From assembly GCA_030141605.1 (NCBI GenBank), contig JAQGDQ010000918.1, positions 1 to 64,000 on the forward strand: a stretch of DNA of 64,000 bases. Reading direction: 5' to 3'. The notes below the pieces were generated by a model, which was not told the origin of the DNA, ran no database searches, and saw nothing but the letters and a program-made list of their open reading frames with translations. The translations under genes and the position numbers were made by a program. Position 1 is the first letter of the stretch, and each line of letters starts with the position of its first letter. The stretch is from Tubiluchus corallicola (lineage: Eukaryota; Animalia; Priapulida). Positions 37,801 through 51,020 of the stretch are shown piece by piece.

Positions 37801-39615
37801 AATTTTTTAATCATAAAGAACGTATGTGGTTGAAATGCTGAATCATTCGAATTTACAATTTTAGGTTCGAGCCGAATTTGAATTTAAAAGACTTGTTCGA
37901 ATTGAACTCGACATTCAATGCACAGCTTTAGTTGTAAGAGTTACAATGTTGCACCATTAGGCTCACTATTCCATTAACAGTCATTTGGTACATAATCGTA
38001 CTAAAGCTGTTTTTTTATACATTTTTAGAACCTATCAAGCTCTTTCAAACTTCTCAGAAGACGGAAAATGAACCAATCAGGTTGAGTTACCACAAGAACG
38101 TTCACTACAACTCCGTGGTCGATCCGTACCGTGCGACGATAGGCGTCGGTCTGGGTCTGCCGCAGTTCAAACCGGGGGTAAGTTGATGACTAATTCATCT
38201 CACGTTGTTTTGGATATAAGCACGTGGTGCCTCCTTGTGTTTGTTTTTTGCAAATTTAGGCTGTTGAGAGACAGGTGAGCTAGGACGGGAAATAGGCCAT
38301 TAGCCTCATTTTACAGACAGGATAGGAAAGAAGTCATTCTTGTTCATACGTCGTGTCGTTTTATAACAAAATTTTGTCAGTCGAGTTCTCTTTAGCAAGT
38401 TAGTCAGATGCGGCAAAGATGTAAGTTTGATTTCTTCATATTTCATAATATTATTATACATTTTCATTATAGCAGTTAATTATCCTTTTGACATTTGTTT
38501 AGCAGAAAATGTTTTTATTTGCTTCAGATAAAACGAAGTCGAGGCACACATAATATGTTAGTCAATCAGTCAGTTAAATATGTCGTGATGTGATAGTGAT
38601 TTTGGGATAAGACGATGATTACCCATTTTGGGCAATAAAAAATCATAAATGACATCTAAAAGACTGTTGGACTTGTATTTAGTTTCTGTGTAGTTTGCTA
38701 TTTAATTTAAATTGTACAATCGTGTTTGATGTACGTAGGTGGCATGGTTCATGTGTTAAGAATAGTGTTGGTCAGTCAGGGATGTTACCACAACTAAGAT
38801 TTCGTTTCGATTTGCCGATTATTTACATTTTCGGCTGACTGTCTTTTTCGTCGAAAATTATTAAATTTTGTTCCGTAATTTTCAATAGCGTTTTTCAAAG
38901 TCTTTTAGTATTTTTCCGGCTTACCGTTTTTTCTGAGACGTAAAAAATTTCCTATTTTTTTTGCTAAAATAGTTCAAATAAAGCGTGCAATGGTAAATTT
39001 AACTTTTTGCCTACGCTTTTACGGCAATGCGGCACATCTTCGGTGCTGTCGACTGTGAGGCTTTAAGGTGTCCATCTCCAGGCAAAACCAACTGTAATAT
39101 GGAAGCGTAATTTGAATATAGTCAAGTTTAATTTATATTATATATAATATGAACATGAGTAATATAATATAATATAATGTGAGGTAATATAATTTATATA
39201 ATAAATATAATAGAATGTAATGTAATGTAACATAATGTAATATAATATAATATAGGCAGCAAATTTGTCAATTTTTTTGAAGCTTCGCGATCTTAACTGT
39301 GAACATCGTTCTACTTTTTTGGTTCTACTTTCACATCTGCCAATATAACAAAGTTTTGGGGCCTAAAAATCTGGAGCCCCTCAAAATTGGCTACACTCTC
39401 AACTGCTCGTAGGAGCAGTACACTCTGAATTCGTGTAGCAGTTGCATTGTCTCTTTAGAGTACAGTGGTTTTTTTCTAGGATTGTTAATCATTATTTTTT
39501 TTGTTATTTAAATTAATTTTTCTGTTTCAGCTTGCCGATAGAAATCTTATGAATGACGCCATCAAACGGTCCGAAGAATTTGAGATTGAACAGGTAAATT
39601 ATTATTTTTATTATT

Positions 39616-39651
<36 letters not shown>

Positions 39652-42600
39652 GATGATGATGATGTTGATGATCATCATCTTCATCATCATCATCAACATC
39701 ATACTCTCATCATCATCATCATCATTATTGTCATCATGTATAAACTATTTATTTTAAGTGGATTCAATTACAGTAATATTACTAATCGGAGTTTTTTGGA
39801 AACGTATGAGCGTAAATTTATTAGCGGACATTTTTGCAGCAATAGCGCTATCTTGACTCGCTAGTTATTGCAAGGAACTACAGCATGAAGATTACCGGTA
39901 TTGCTTGCACTACAGGCATGGCGGCATAAACAACTGAGTGACCCTTTGATAAATTTAGACTATTCAGGTGTAAATTCTTTCTTACCTGCTCTATTTTTTT
40001 CATAGGTATTGTCATCAGATCATTATCATCAGCATCATCGTCTTCATCTTCATTTTAGTGTTTCTTGGTCGAAGTGCCTTTCGTGTGCTTATAATCTTTA
40101 TCCCATTCAGTTCTTTCATAGTGACATATCATAGTATGTATTTGTCGGTGATGCGAATGTAACAAAAAGGCGCCGTTGCCAATCTTAGTAGATTCACCGA
40201 GCCGCGCGTAACTTTGAAAGTTTAACAAAATTTGAGTATCGGATGTAATTATTATTTAATCTAAGCTTTGATTTATAGGTTTTACATGTCAAATGTAGAC
40301 CTGCGTTTACTCAAATGTAGATTTAGGTAATTCATATATGTCTTGGTAGCTCAAATGTAGACTTAGGTAGTTCAAATGTGTTAACAATGATTTTCAAGAA
40401 ATCTTAAGTGTTTTTGGTAAGTCAAATGTAGACACATGTCAAGTCAATTGTGACACTGGTATCTGAAATGTGGATAGGTGGTAAAGTTTAAGGATGTTAA
40501 ATTTAATCTTGTTTAATTTCAATTTAATAATTGCTCCTAAGTTAAAATAACAACGTTATAGGCCTACTAATAGATGCACTATCTTTGGTTTATCTTTTTC
40601 TAATTTGCACTTAAATAACTTAATTACCGATTTATTCAAAGTAATGCATCTACATTTGACTTACCTAAGTCACGTTTGAGTTACCAAAACACATTCGAAA
40701 TTCCTATTTCTGCATTTGACTTACCTAAGTCACATTTGAACTTGCCTGTGTCTACATTTGACTTGTAAAACCTATAAAATAAGGTATCGTAGTTTTCATA
40801 TTTTACAGCATTCTTTATTCTGAAATAATGTTTACACAATCGTCCGGTTTTGCTTTTAAACGACTGTGGTAAGCATTATAAATGTGTATTTTAGACCATG
40901 TTGGAGGACAAAGTGCGGGCGACTGATTGGGAGGCGACGAACGAGGCCATTGAAGAGCAGGTGGCACGCGAGTCGTACCTCCAGTGGCTGCGGGAGAACG
41001 AGAAGCGCGGCAGTTGTGATTCGTCCGTCAGCGTAAGATGCTTTTTTGTTTTCGTATTGATGTTAATTCATTTGTTGTTTTTTACCGAATCTTTCGTTTT
41101 GTTTAGAAATTGACTTCTGGCATGTTGGGTTTGTTAGTGTTACTCAGTGATGAGTCATTTTGAAATTTTCTAATTCCATTGAAATCTTGCTCTTGTAATT
41201 CGACACCACGATTAATCTTTTGTGACGATTTTTAGTGTTTTAGCCCCGTTTTTCAATGATTGCAATGAAATATGGCGTATAATGTTGTTTTGGATATAAG
41301 TTCGTCTCATAATTACTTTGCATTTGATTAACTTGACTTGTGAATATTACATCGTTTGTTTTCTTGCTCATCTCTCTTTCATAATTTTTTCATCTCATTC
41401 CCTCCCTTTTTAGGCTTGTTATAACATTGAAATGGCTTAAATTTCCCTCTAATCTTACTGTACGTATTTGCTTCTGAATGACCTTTTACATTAATAGTGT
41501 TCTTGTTTTCTGTATTTAAGCTGTGTAAGACAGGTCTACCTTGAACATTGAGACCTGCGGGCTAGCCAGGCTAATTGTTCGGCTGTGTTTTAGTATAGTG
41601 GTATTTTAGTATTGATAATAATTATGTTATTTGATTCTGTGACTGTACCTGCTAGTATAGTTATTATAATATGATGCCTCGTGATTTGTTAAAGATTGTG
41701 TTGTTTGATTCTTTGATTGTAAAAGCTTACAGGCTTAATAATTGTGGGCAAGCTTTAATTCGGTTCTTGCTCTCCCCCTATTTCCTTGCCCACAAGCATA
41801 TACTTTGTTTTGGATATAAGCACGTGGTGCCTCCTTGTGTTTGTTTTTTGCAAATTTAGGCTGTTGATAGACAGGTGAGCTAGGACAGGAAATTGGCCTG
41901 ATTTTGCAAACAGGTTAGGAAAGAAGTCATTCTTGTTCAGTACGTCGTGTCGTTTTATAACAAAATTTTGTCAGTCAGTCAGTCAAATATGTCATGATGT
42001 GATAGTGATTTTGGGATGAGACGATGATTGCCCATTTTGGACAATAAAAAAACAATATATTACATCTAAAAGACTGTTGGACTTGTATTTAGCGCATGTC
42101 TCGCACACAATGGTTTCACAATTTACATCACTGTCTGCTGTTTTCGTAAATGTTTTTACAGACACCACTTTGTCGTTAACTATTCTATGACTACATCACT
42201 ACATGCGCCACCTATCAACAAATTTGGAGCCCAGAGTTTGTGTGCATGGTGGAAGATGAGAAAAATGAAGAAAAAATGCAAAGATTGCGTTTATTTGTGC
42301 TAAGATACTGCCTTTGCTCTCAATTGATTGAAGTACATAAGTCACCCATCCAGATTGGAGGAGAACCGTCTCCCTGCAAAAGAACATTTTTTAGCTCTTT
42401 GACGGGAGAACGCATCACTGAAGCAGAATACGAAATGGCTTGCACCGCTTGGCGCGAGTTTGAATGTCGTAATCTGCTTTAGTACTACCTCCGCGATACG
42501 TGGAGTTGGATTGCAGACTTTTGGCGGACGTGTTTTCGGACTACCGCAAGATGTGCTCTCAACATTTTGCTCTAGATCCAGTCCATTACGTCACCTTACC

Positions 42601-45600
42601 GGCATTGACATGGGATGCTGCATTCAAGTCGTGCGGCATTCAAGTCGATGCCATTTCGGATCTGGACATGCTCCGCAACTTCGAAAACGGCATTAGAGGC
42701 GGAAGTGTCTTTGTGAACGTCCACAAAGTGTCGGGTCGGCTAACTGTCCCGAAATGGGCCACTCCTTCGAATAAACCGCTTGTAATTGCAATTAATTTGA
42801 TAAATCTATTCTAAATTCTAATTCATTCTAATGCATAAAATGGGTACATGGTCATGGATAAAATCTTCGAGTTCATGATGTTTTGTACGGAAACATGGAA
42901 ACTTACAACAGCACTAATCACTAAGCTTTGTCCTTTCAGACACAGACAGCTAGCGCTACTTGCAGTTCAGCTACAGCAGCAGAGACAGCTGGGGACATCT
43001 GGTGGGAGGCGGAGTCCCGTCCGTCTCGCTCGTCACCACGTGGTCACAGTCAGCCGAACTCACCAAATCGTCCGGAGACAAGCGACGACATGGAACTAGG
43101 TACGTATTTTAATTACTCAATTCATTGAAAGCAACACTATCTGTTTGTTTCTGTCTCACCTCTTGAGCTCAGAACATGTCAGCAAGGAGGGAGGAAATTT
43201 TTTTTAAAGCTTTGTGAATGTTTAAAGAGTCGGATTATAAAACTACACGTTTATTGAACATCAAACACAATAAATATAACAGATAGTGATGCCAAGCCCC
43301 CTGATCTAGCCTGCTCTCCTTCAGCTCCCAGACTCAATCCCCTGAGCTGCACGCATCACAAGGCTTATATCTCGTGCGCCGAGCATCGACGCATCGACGC
43401 CTACGCTTCGGTTTTGAATCACTTGCTCAGGTGACACCACTCCTTAACTGGCTTCATACCAGCATTCATCAACATAATTATCTATCATAATCTAACACTT
43501 TTAACATAACGCTTTCAAAACAGTGAGTGTCATGCTAAACGGCAACCCTGGCTAAGTGTTAGCCGAAGAAAAACATGGCCGCAGCCTGCGTTCCCCGAAA
43601 GAAGGAAATAATAATTATTGCGGTTTACAGTTTAAATTAAAAAAATACGCTTGTCTATGACTGCGCAAGTGAGGTGACATTCTCCTTTCATTCATCTTCA
43701 AATTTTCTCATTCATCCTTAATTTTTCTCATTCATCCTTAATTTTTCTCATTCATCCTCAAATTTTCTCATTCATCCTTAATTTTTCTCATTCATCCTCA
43801 AATTTTCTCATTCATCCTTAAATTTTCTCATTCATCTCCAATTTTTCTCATTCATCCCCAAATGTTCTCAATCATCCTCAAATTTTCTCATTCATCCTTA
43901 AATTTTCTCATTCATCCTCAAATTTTCTCATTCATCCTCAAATTTTCTCATTCATCCTCAAATTTTCTCGTTCATCCTTAAATTTTCTCATTCATCCTCA
44001 AATTTTCTCATTCATCCTTAAATTTTCTCATTCATCTCCAATTTTTCTCATTCATCCCCAAATGTTCTCAATCATCCTCAAATTTTCTCATTCATCCTTA
44101 AATTTTCTCATTCATCCTCAAATTTTCTCGTTCATCCTTAAATTTTCTCATTCATCCTCAAATTTTCTCGTTCATCCTTAAATTTTCTCATTCATCCTCA
44201 AATTTTCTCGTTCATCCTTAAATTTTCTCATTCATCCTCAAATTTTCTCATTCATCCTCGAATTTTTAATAACCAATTGCAGAAATGTTAAAACAAGACA
44301 TCGAGCAGTTACCATTTACGTTGTCATAATGAGTGCTAGAGAAAACAGTGTCCTAGCTAATAGAGCAGCAACGGGTAGCAACACGACACAATGGCACTTT
44401 TCAACAATTTCTAACTCTTTAGTCAATCTGTTTGATGAAAGTCGAATCTTTTTTGTTATTTTTTTTAACGACCTGTTCCTGGAAGAATTTTCTGGAGTTT
44501 ATTATTTATCTGACCCCCCGTGTTTTTGAAATTAGCGTGCATTTACACAACTCATTTGTCGGGGTTGATTAGTTGAATCACGGATCAAATTTGCCTCAAA
44601 TCTAATAATTACATCACATTCTCGTCGCGCGATTGCGTCTTTACGTTTTTTTGTGAGGATGTCACATCATGTCTGTTGTTAAAATTATTTCGAAAAACAG
44701 TCATAGATTTTTTCTGGTAAAAAAGTCTTGAAGAAAAACATTTTCTTGCACTTTAATTTCAAACACTAAATTAAAATGTATAAGCAATACGTTAAAAATT
44801 ATTTGGTGAATGTTACATTGCCTTTTTACACTCGCTCCCCCTAATTTTAGAATCTTGAGAGATCACGTGATTGGTGCATTTTTTCAGGTGCCTGTGCTGC
44901 TGGTCCATCTCAGAGTGACATCATGACGTCGGTGGCAGAGGAGGCATGCGCTCGTACGCGCTCTCCACCACCTCTGTATAGTACTGTAGCTAGCCAAGCC
45001 AATCTAGTGAATACGTTACCAGCATCGGTTTATGGTAAGTTTGACATAGTACAGTAAACTTCGCATTAGTCAAATTTTTGCCTCACTCAAAGAAATTCAG
45101 GGGAACAGATGAAAGCTTTTGTTTTTCTCAGAAAAACCATCGCTTAACTCAGAATTTCGCCAAACTTAAATGAAAAATCACGGTTCGTTTAATCAAAATA
45201 CGTGTAGTTTATTTCACTTAACTCAAAAATACAATTTACGCTCTAGAAAAATAAAAAGTTTCGTACAATTCGAAAACATTATCGTCTTCCGGGAAAATTC
45301 TGATGTCTTAGAAGTTGTCCCCCCTCCGATTATTTTCTTCGGGATTCTTCTTTGCGCGTTGTGTACGTGTCCTTTTGTAATGTAAAAAATTGTGTTTCAC
45401 TACATAACTTGTTATTCTTTATGTAACTGTCATCAAATCTCGTCGTTCATGTATAGAAGGGTTGACTTTCTGCCTTCTATTTAGCGATGATGGAATAGAA
45501 AAATAGTAAGATTAGGGATAGGAAGAAGGAAGAGAGGAGAGGATGAGTGAATGAAAGAATGGTTAGGGTTAGTAGACTTGATTGAATGGAAAAAAGTAAG

Positions 45601-45920
45601 ATTAGGGATAGGAAGAAGGAAAAGAGGAGAAGAAACGACCACAGTGTATGTTTAATTTAGAGCTGTATTAAAATAGCATTATAATTGATTGGAGGCCATA
45701 TATTGCGACTGTATGAGATATGGAACCATTAAAATTGCATTATAAGTATGAATCAAAAATGGTCCTTTTCAAGGCTGAACTTTGTTTTGTTTCAGGTTTT
45801 GCAAACACCGATTGGGAGGAACAGTCCATACTTGCTCAGGTTATTGCCGAATCCCAGCGTGAATATCTAGACAATTTGCGGAAGAGCGTAGCTAATGCGG
45901 ACGAGCCGGGAGCCAGTTAA
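31812..45920 (+). CDS. OTUD5: OTU domain-containing protein 5 (DUBA) deubiquitinase, 9 exons, about 516 aa
   Basis: Exons 31812-32258, 34309-34402, 35552-35779 (alternative end 35773), 38029-38177, 39531-39593, 40895-41032, 42940-43099, 44888-45034 and 45796-45920 join in frame (1551 nt). Motifs: MTILPKKK start, SGYNSGDEY phosphosite, [21 protein letters not shown] catalytic Cys loop, [30 protein letters not shown] catalytic His, [24 protein letters not shown], and C-terminal UIM-like [13 protein letters not shown]. Confidence 0.97.
32278..33127. mobile_element. Foldback-type element with long inverted arms; internal segment repeated inverted at about 53756-54175
   Basis: aattgtgtgtttgcaagcctaaaccatccacaagt.. 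pairs with acttgtggacggttttggtttgcaaacacacaaat. ttggtcaaatgtca / tgacatttgaccaa and ggcatcaaattatcaa / ttgataatttgatgcc also pair. Confidence 0.7.
33418..34248. repeat. Minisatellite, 37-bp unit, about 22 copies
   Basis: tctacagtctaaataagttctgtgcgtgtgatggtat repeated; ends about 60 bp before OTUD5 exon 2. Confidence 0.98.
35950..37020. repeat. Minisatellite, 57-bp unit, about 19 copies, expanded inside a MITE
   Basis: gagttaggcgaagtaaactacacgtactttgattaaatggaccataattttttattt repeated. The unit and its left flank match a single-copy segment in reverse at 45050-45370. Confidence 0.97.
37543..37930. mobile_element. Degenerate copy of the TTCGAA-rich hAT MITE
   Basis: Co-linear similarity to 16876-17287. 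Confidence 0.7.
38205..38692 (+). repeat. Segment duplicated at 41808-42090
   Basis: ttgttttggatataagcacgtggtgcctccttgtgtttg...aaagactgttggacttgtatttag is near-identical in OTUD5 introns 4 and 6; the second copy lacks the middle. Confidence 0.85.
40276..40774. mobile_element. Palindromic MITE nested in a Kolobok-like copy (40140-40856)
   Basis: TIR TAGGTTTTACATGTCAAATGTAGAC / GTCTACATTTGACTTGTAAAACCTA with TA duplication, splitting the host sequence ctttgattTAaaataag. Confidence 0.8.
42355..42735 (+). pseudogene. Protein-primed family-B DNA polymerase relic (Maverick/Polinton/adintovirus type)
   Basis: Across two frameshifts and a stop: [114 protein letters not shown]. This matches the D..LLADVF..FR, LDP.HY.T.P.L.WDA and E.GIRGG motifs of that polB group. 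Confidence 0.85.
43690..44265. repeat. Minisatellite, 20-bp unit, about 29 copies, with a 200-bp higher-order repeat
   Basis: aattttctcattcatcct(c/t)a repeated; the variant block ctcca/cccca/aatgtt occurs at 43821 and 44021. Confidence 0.97.
45051..45375. mobile_element. Tigger/pogo-like MITE fragment (related pieces 35795-37367 and about 46410-46540)
   Basis: TA-CAGTAAACTTCGC terminus; the inverse gcgaagtttactg-TA is at about 37355-37369. Confidence 0.6.
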
Positions 45921-47136
45921 TACCCCGTAACCGTACCGTGATTATTTACCCCCTAGTCTTTGGTAGCGATTCATTAACTACGAAATGAGCAAAGTGTACA
46001 ATCTTGGTTAAATTGAAAATGTACATCTTGATAGAAACTGTCGATTTTTGATTTTTTCTTTTTGAAATCTATGTTTGTGTAAGTATGTCGTTATTGTTTG
46101 TGTATGGCATGTCAGCGGTGCCATTTGGAAGCAGAATTTGTGTGCAGTCAAAGATTTCTGCTCTTGCTATATGTGATATGACATCAAACATTGAGTAATG
46201 CAAAATAGAGTATGTAAGCCTTGAAATTTATTACATATTTATGTATTTTGAAAGTTTTACATAGAAATTTAGCTGTCAAAAGATTTTATTTTATTTTTCT
46301 TGTTTGATATGAATTTTGTTCATATTTTGTTATGGGCAGTAAGTTGTTTATAATGGTGACCATGACAATAACATAAATTTATGTGTTTTTAGCGTCCAGG
46401 TTAATAATACAGTAAACTCCACGTAATTCAAAATCGCATAACTCAAATTTTCGTCTAACTTAAATAAAAAATTATAGTTCCTTTATTCAAAACACATAAT
46501 TAATTAAACAATTAATCATTTAGTCAAAGATACAATTTATACTTGTATTGTTTAACTACTGATAAGTATATACGTGTCATTCAGTTTGCCTCTGGAAGAT
46601 ACTTTTCAGTAGTCAAACAATAAGAGTATAAATTATGTATATATACTTTATATATATATATATGTGGAAGATCTGAATTTCTCAAACTCCATTCGCATAC
46701 CAACTTTGTTTAATGCATTATGCTTATATCCATTCGCATAGTATGATATCCGCATATAATATAATACACATTACATATAGATGATTTAGGTTATTGTACA
46801 TGTCTATTTTTGCTCCACAAAATATTGTCCATGCCTTTCAGTAGTAACATCAGTGTAACCAGCGTAATTTCATTGTTAGGTTTTTTTACCGGCACCGCTG
46901 GTTTGGTGCTGTAATTGGTTTCTAGATATGCAGTCTTGGGCACCCCCCAAGACCCTCACAATATTCGATAGATAAGAATTTAGTTGCCCGCCTGTTGCCG
47001 TCTTATTAGGTTTGGAAAACGTCATGAATTTATGACGCTTATCTTGAGAAAACGCTACTACACTCGTGTCTCGGTTTGCCGGACAAAAGCGATGAGGCGT
47101 CCGTTTGTATTTACCGATACTAAGCTAACATAGTAG

Positions 47137-47601
47137 CAGGGATGAGAATTTTCCGTGGATACGCGGAATTCCGAGTTTTTGGAAGACCAGCAGTGCCATT
47201 TTTGTAAAATCGCGTGAATTCGTTGAGAAAATTTTTACGGACGCAGTACATTATTTCACAAGCTGACCACTAGTTGGCAGGCCGTCACTTTGTTTACATC
47301 ATATACATCAGTGTAACCACGTGTATATCTCTATGTATAAAAATATAGAATCAATAGTGTGGAATTATTTGAGTCAATTGCAGACAGTTTTTATATAGTT
47401 TCGCATAGGAGTGGCCAGTACTTAGGCGTTTTTGAGACGATTAAGTATCATGTATTCTTGATAGTTCGGTATTTTAAATTATGCATGGAACAAGGTAATT
47501 GATATTTTAAGTCCACTTAGAGGCTGTCTATGGTCACAAAATTGTAATTTGTTGCTTCCTACGGCCTGTTTCAGAGTTTTTTGTAATTTGTCTCATCCCT
47601 G
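47137..47601 (+). mobile_element. hAT-like MITE with 6-bp TSD
   Basis: TIR CAGGGATGAGA / TCTCATCCCTG with TSD TAGTAG. Near-identical reverse copy at 61207-61667. Confidence 0.85.
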
Positions 47602-48027
47602 TAGTAGCCGTAATGTAGAATCAATCGCCTAATTGTCTCAAAATTGATAAGTGTGGGCCGCTCCTGACATGCAAGTTACACACGTCATGATATAAACAAA
47701 GTGATGATATGCCAACTACTTGTCAGCTTGTGAAACAACGGACTGTGTCCAACTAGTATGCAGGACTTAGTGGTCCAGATTTTTCCTATTTTTCCCACAT
47801 CTGTAAAAGTGAGGTCCGATAAACCGAGATATGAGTGTACATAATATAGATTAATGTGCTCGGATGCATTTGTACACATGCTTTGTGCTTCTTCCGGATA
47901 ATTATTATAATGTATAATAAAAACACAAACAATTACCATTTGTTTAATTTGTTTTATTTGTGGAGTTTTATGTTGTCCATTAGGTAAAAGTGTAATGTGT
48001 TTATCTGGCATCTCAAAACAGTTCACA

Positions 48028-49160
48028 CCAGTGTGGTCACTATTGAAGGACCATGAGTGGCAAACCAGTGTGGTCATTACTGAAGGAACCACGTGTGGCA
48101 AGCCAGTGTGGTCACTACTGAAGGAACCACGAGTGGCCAGCCAGTGTGGTCACTACTGAAGGAACCACGAGTGGCCAGCCAGTGTGGTGACTACTGAAGG
48201 ACCATGAGTGACGAGCCAGTGTGGTCACTACTGAAGGAACCACGAGTTACAAGCCAGTGTGGTCACTACTGAAGGACCACGAGTGGCAAGCCAGTGTGGT
48301 CACTACTGAAGGAACCACAAGTTACAAGCCAGTGTGGTCACTACTGAAGGACCACGAGTGGCAAGCCAGTGTGGTCACTACTGAAGGACCATGAATGACG
48401 AGCCAGTGTGGTCACTACTGAAGGAACCACGAGTGGCAAGCCAGTGTGGTCACTACTGAAGGAACCACAAGTTACAAGCCAGTGTGGTGACTACTGAAGG
48501 ACCATGAGTGACGAGCCAGTGTGGTCACTACTGAAGGAACCACAAGTTACAAGCCAGTGTGGTCACTACTGAAGGACCACGAGTGGCAAGCCAGTGTGGT
48601 CACTACTGAAGGACCATGAATGACGAGCCAGTGTGGTCACTACTGAAGGAACCACGAGTGGCAAGCCAGTGTGGTCACTACTGAAGGAACCACAAGTTAC
48701 AAGCCAGTGTGGTCACTACTGAAGGACCACGAGTGGCAAGCCAGTGTGGTCACTACTGAAGAACCAGGAGTGGCCAGCCAGTGTGGTCACTACTGAAGAA
48801 CCAGGAGTGGCAAGCCAGTGTGGTCACTACTGAAGGACCACGAGTGGCAAGCCAGTGTGGTCACTACTGAAGAACCAGGAGTGGCCAGCCAGTGTGGTCA
48901 CTACTGAAGGAACCACAAGTTACAAGCCAGTGTGGTGACTACTGAAGGACCATGAGTGACGAGCCAGTGTGGTCACTACTGAAGGAACCACGAGTGGCAA
49001 GCCAGTGTGGTCACTACTGAAGGAACCACGAGTGGCCAGCCAGTGTGGTCACTACTGAAGGAACCACGAGTGGCAAGCCAGTGTGGTCACTACTAAAGGA
49101 ACCACGAGTGGCAAGCCAGTGTGGTCACTACTGAAGAACCAGGAGTGGCAAGCCAGTGTG
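48028..49160. repeat. Minisatellite, 37/38-bp unit, about 30 copies
   Basis: ccagtgtggtcactactgaagg(a)accacgagtggcaag with recurring variants. Confidence 0.98.
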
Positions 49161-49594
49161 ACCACCGAGTCTCTTGCAGTCGGCATCAATTATGATCATT
49201 TGAAACATTATTAGACGACATTTATCTAGGGAAGAGCAGGGATACATCCTGATTTGTAGTCCTGTACTGTGTAGAAAATACTGTAATTTGGGCTTGCACA
49301 ATCTAACATTCAAATGTAACAAACGAGCGAAAAGCAAAGTTAGAATCACGTCTTCAGGTGACTATTTAATAGAGCAGTAATGAATCAACAAAGTGCAAAA
49401 ATTAGTTTATAAACTATTTGATAGATTATTAGTAAAATTTTCTAGTTACAATCATCGTTCCCTCCAATCTACATTATTTCTATCTTACAATCGCAGAAAC
49501 TAGGCACAAAAGGCCTTCATTAGCAAGGCTATATAGATGTGGAGGATGTCGTAACGCGTAAGATTCTGAATCGGAAAAGTAGAGAAGTCAAAGG

Positions 49595-49762
49595 GCAAGG
49601 AAGAGGGGGGAGATGGAGATGAAGGGAGGGAGAGGAGAGAGAGAGGGGGGAGCAAGGGAGAGAGAGAGAGAGGGGGGAGAGAGACAGAGAGAGAGAGGGA
49701 GAGAGACAGAGACACAGAGAGAGAGAGAGAAAGAGAGAGAGGGAGAGAGAAGAAAGAAGAAA
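49595..49762. repeat. GA-rich simple repeat
   Basis: Directly visible. Confidence 0.9.
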
Positions 49763-50467
49763 CATTTATTTCATACCAAAGCCCACATAAACAATGTCCC
49801 TGCAAAGTCAGAGAAATTGGAAAGGGTTACAAAAATCACCGTAAACCGATATTTTTCCAAACATTTTTGAATGAATCGTGCTCAAATAAAGTTTTACTAT
49901 GACAGGCTGCCAGTTCCAATTTCTGTTCCAAAAATAACGATTGTTCGATACATTTTATATCAGTACATGTATGAATGTCCATACACAAAAATGGTTGAAT
50001 GTTTATACTGGTTATGCAATTTCTGTTTATCTTGGTCATGGAAAATCAATATTTGGTCAGAGAAAAGTCAAGGAAATTTATTTTAAAATTTTGCGGGAAC
50101 CCTGTCAGTACTAAAAAGCCATGAAAACAGGGAATGCATACAGGAGGAAAGCGAGTGGGCAAAAATTGCGGAAACAGGAAACAGCAAAGAAAACAGGGTA
50201 AAACACGATCAATATTCACCAAGATGCGATCATTTTAATTAAAATATCAAATATAATTAAAATATAAACTCATGCATCCGAAACCGAGCAAAAATATTAT
50301 CACAGATACTGTTATCACAAGTTCATAAATAAACTGTCAGCTGATGCATTAATCAAAGATCTGTGGATTAACAATTTTCCATAGAAACCTGCTCTTAATT
50401 TTCACCCCTTTTTGCTTTTCTGCACTTACGACATGATTGTGGTTGTGTAACGAAATGCACAATCGCA

Positions 50468-50587
50468 TAAAACTCGCATTGTTGAAAAACTCGCATTGTT
50501 GAAAACTCGCATTGTTGAAAAACTCACATTGTTGAAAAACTCACATTGTTGAAAACTCACATTGTTGAAAAACTCACATTGTTGAAA
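50468..50587. repeat. Short tandem array, 16-17 bp unit
   Basis: aaaaactc(g/a)cattgttg repeated about 7 times. Confidence 0.9.
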
Positions 50588-50646
50588 ATTAACAACACGC
50601 ATCAACAGCAGTTTTCAAAAGCAAAGCTTGATTCATATAAAGACAA

Positions 50647-51020
50647 GTTCAGGTCGACCTGCAACGCGACACAACTCGACTCAACTAAACAGTCGACTGC
50701 GACTGATTTCCAGCAACTAGGAAGATGCGAGTTGCAACACTGTTCAAGTCACTCACAGATGAAAAAACTCAGACCACAAAACGTGACCAGATCACAATCA
50801 TCGTCGAATAATGCTCAGGTTAAAACTGAGTGGAACCGCAAGAAGAACATTAGAGTGAATTGAATTGCACTGAGTTGAGTTGCGTTGCAACTTTCTTTAT
50901 GTCGACTCGATATACTTGGACCTATTGACATACTGTACACTGCCATTTGCAGACAGCAACTGTTGCCGAGTCATCTTTGTTGCTCTCAGATGAGTAGCGT
51001 TGCAAGGTTGACCTAAGCCT
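50647..51020. mobile_element. MITE with imperfect inverted ends
   Basis: ttcaggtcgacctgcaacgc ... gcgttgcaaggttgacctaa. Confidence 0.5.

Noticed and set aside
39605-39740. (GAT)n/(CAT)n hairpin as a structured ncRNA
   Set aside because: It consists of adjacent complementary trinucleotide microsatellites with no other evidence of function.
48028-49160. Array with a constant core and variable linker, as CRISPR or as a mucin-like exon
   Set aside because: The variable parts are a few recurring point variants, not unique spacers. The 37/38-bp units break any reading frame.
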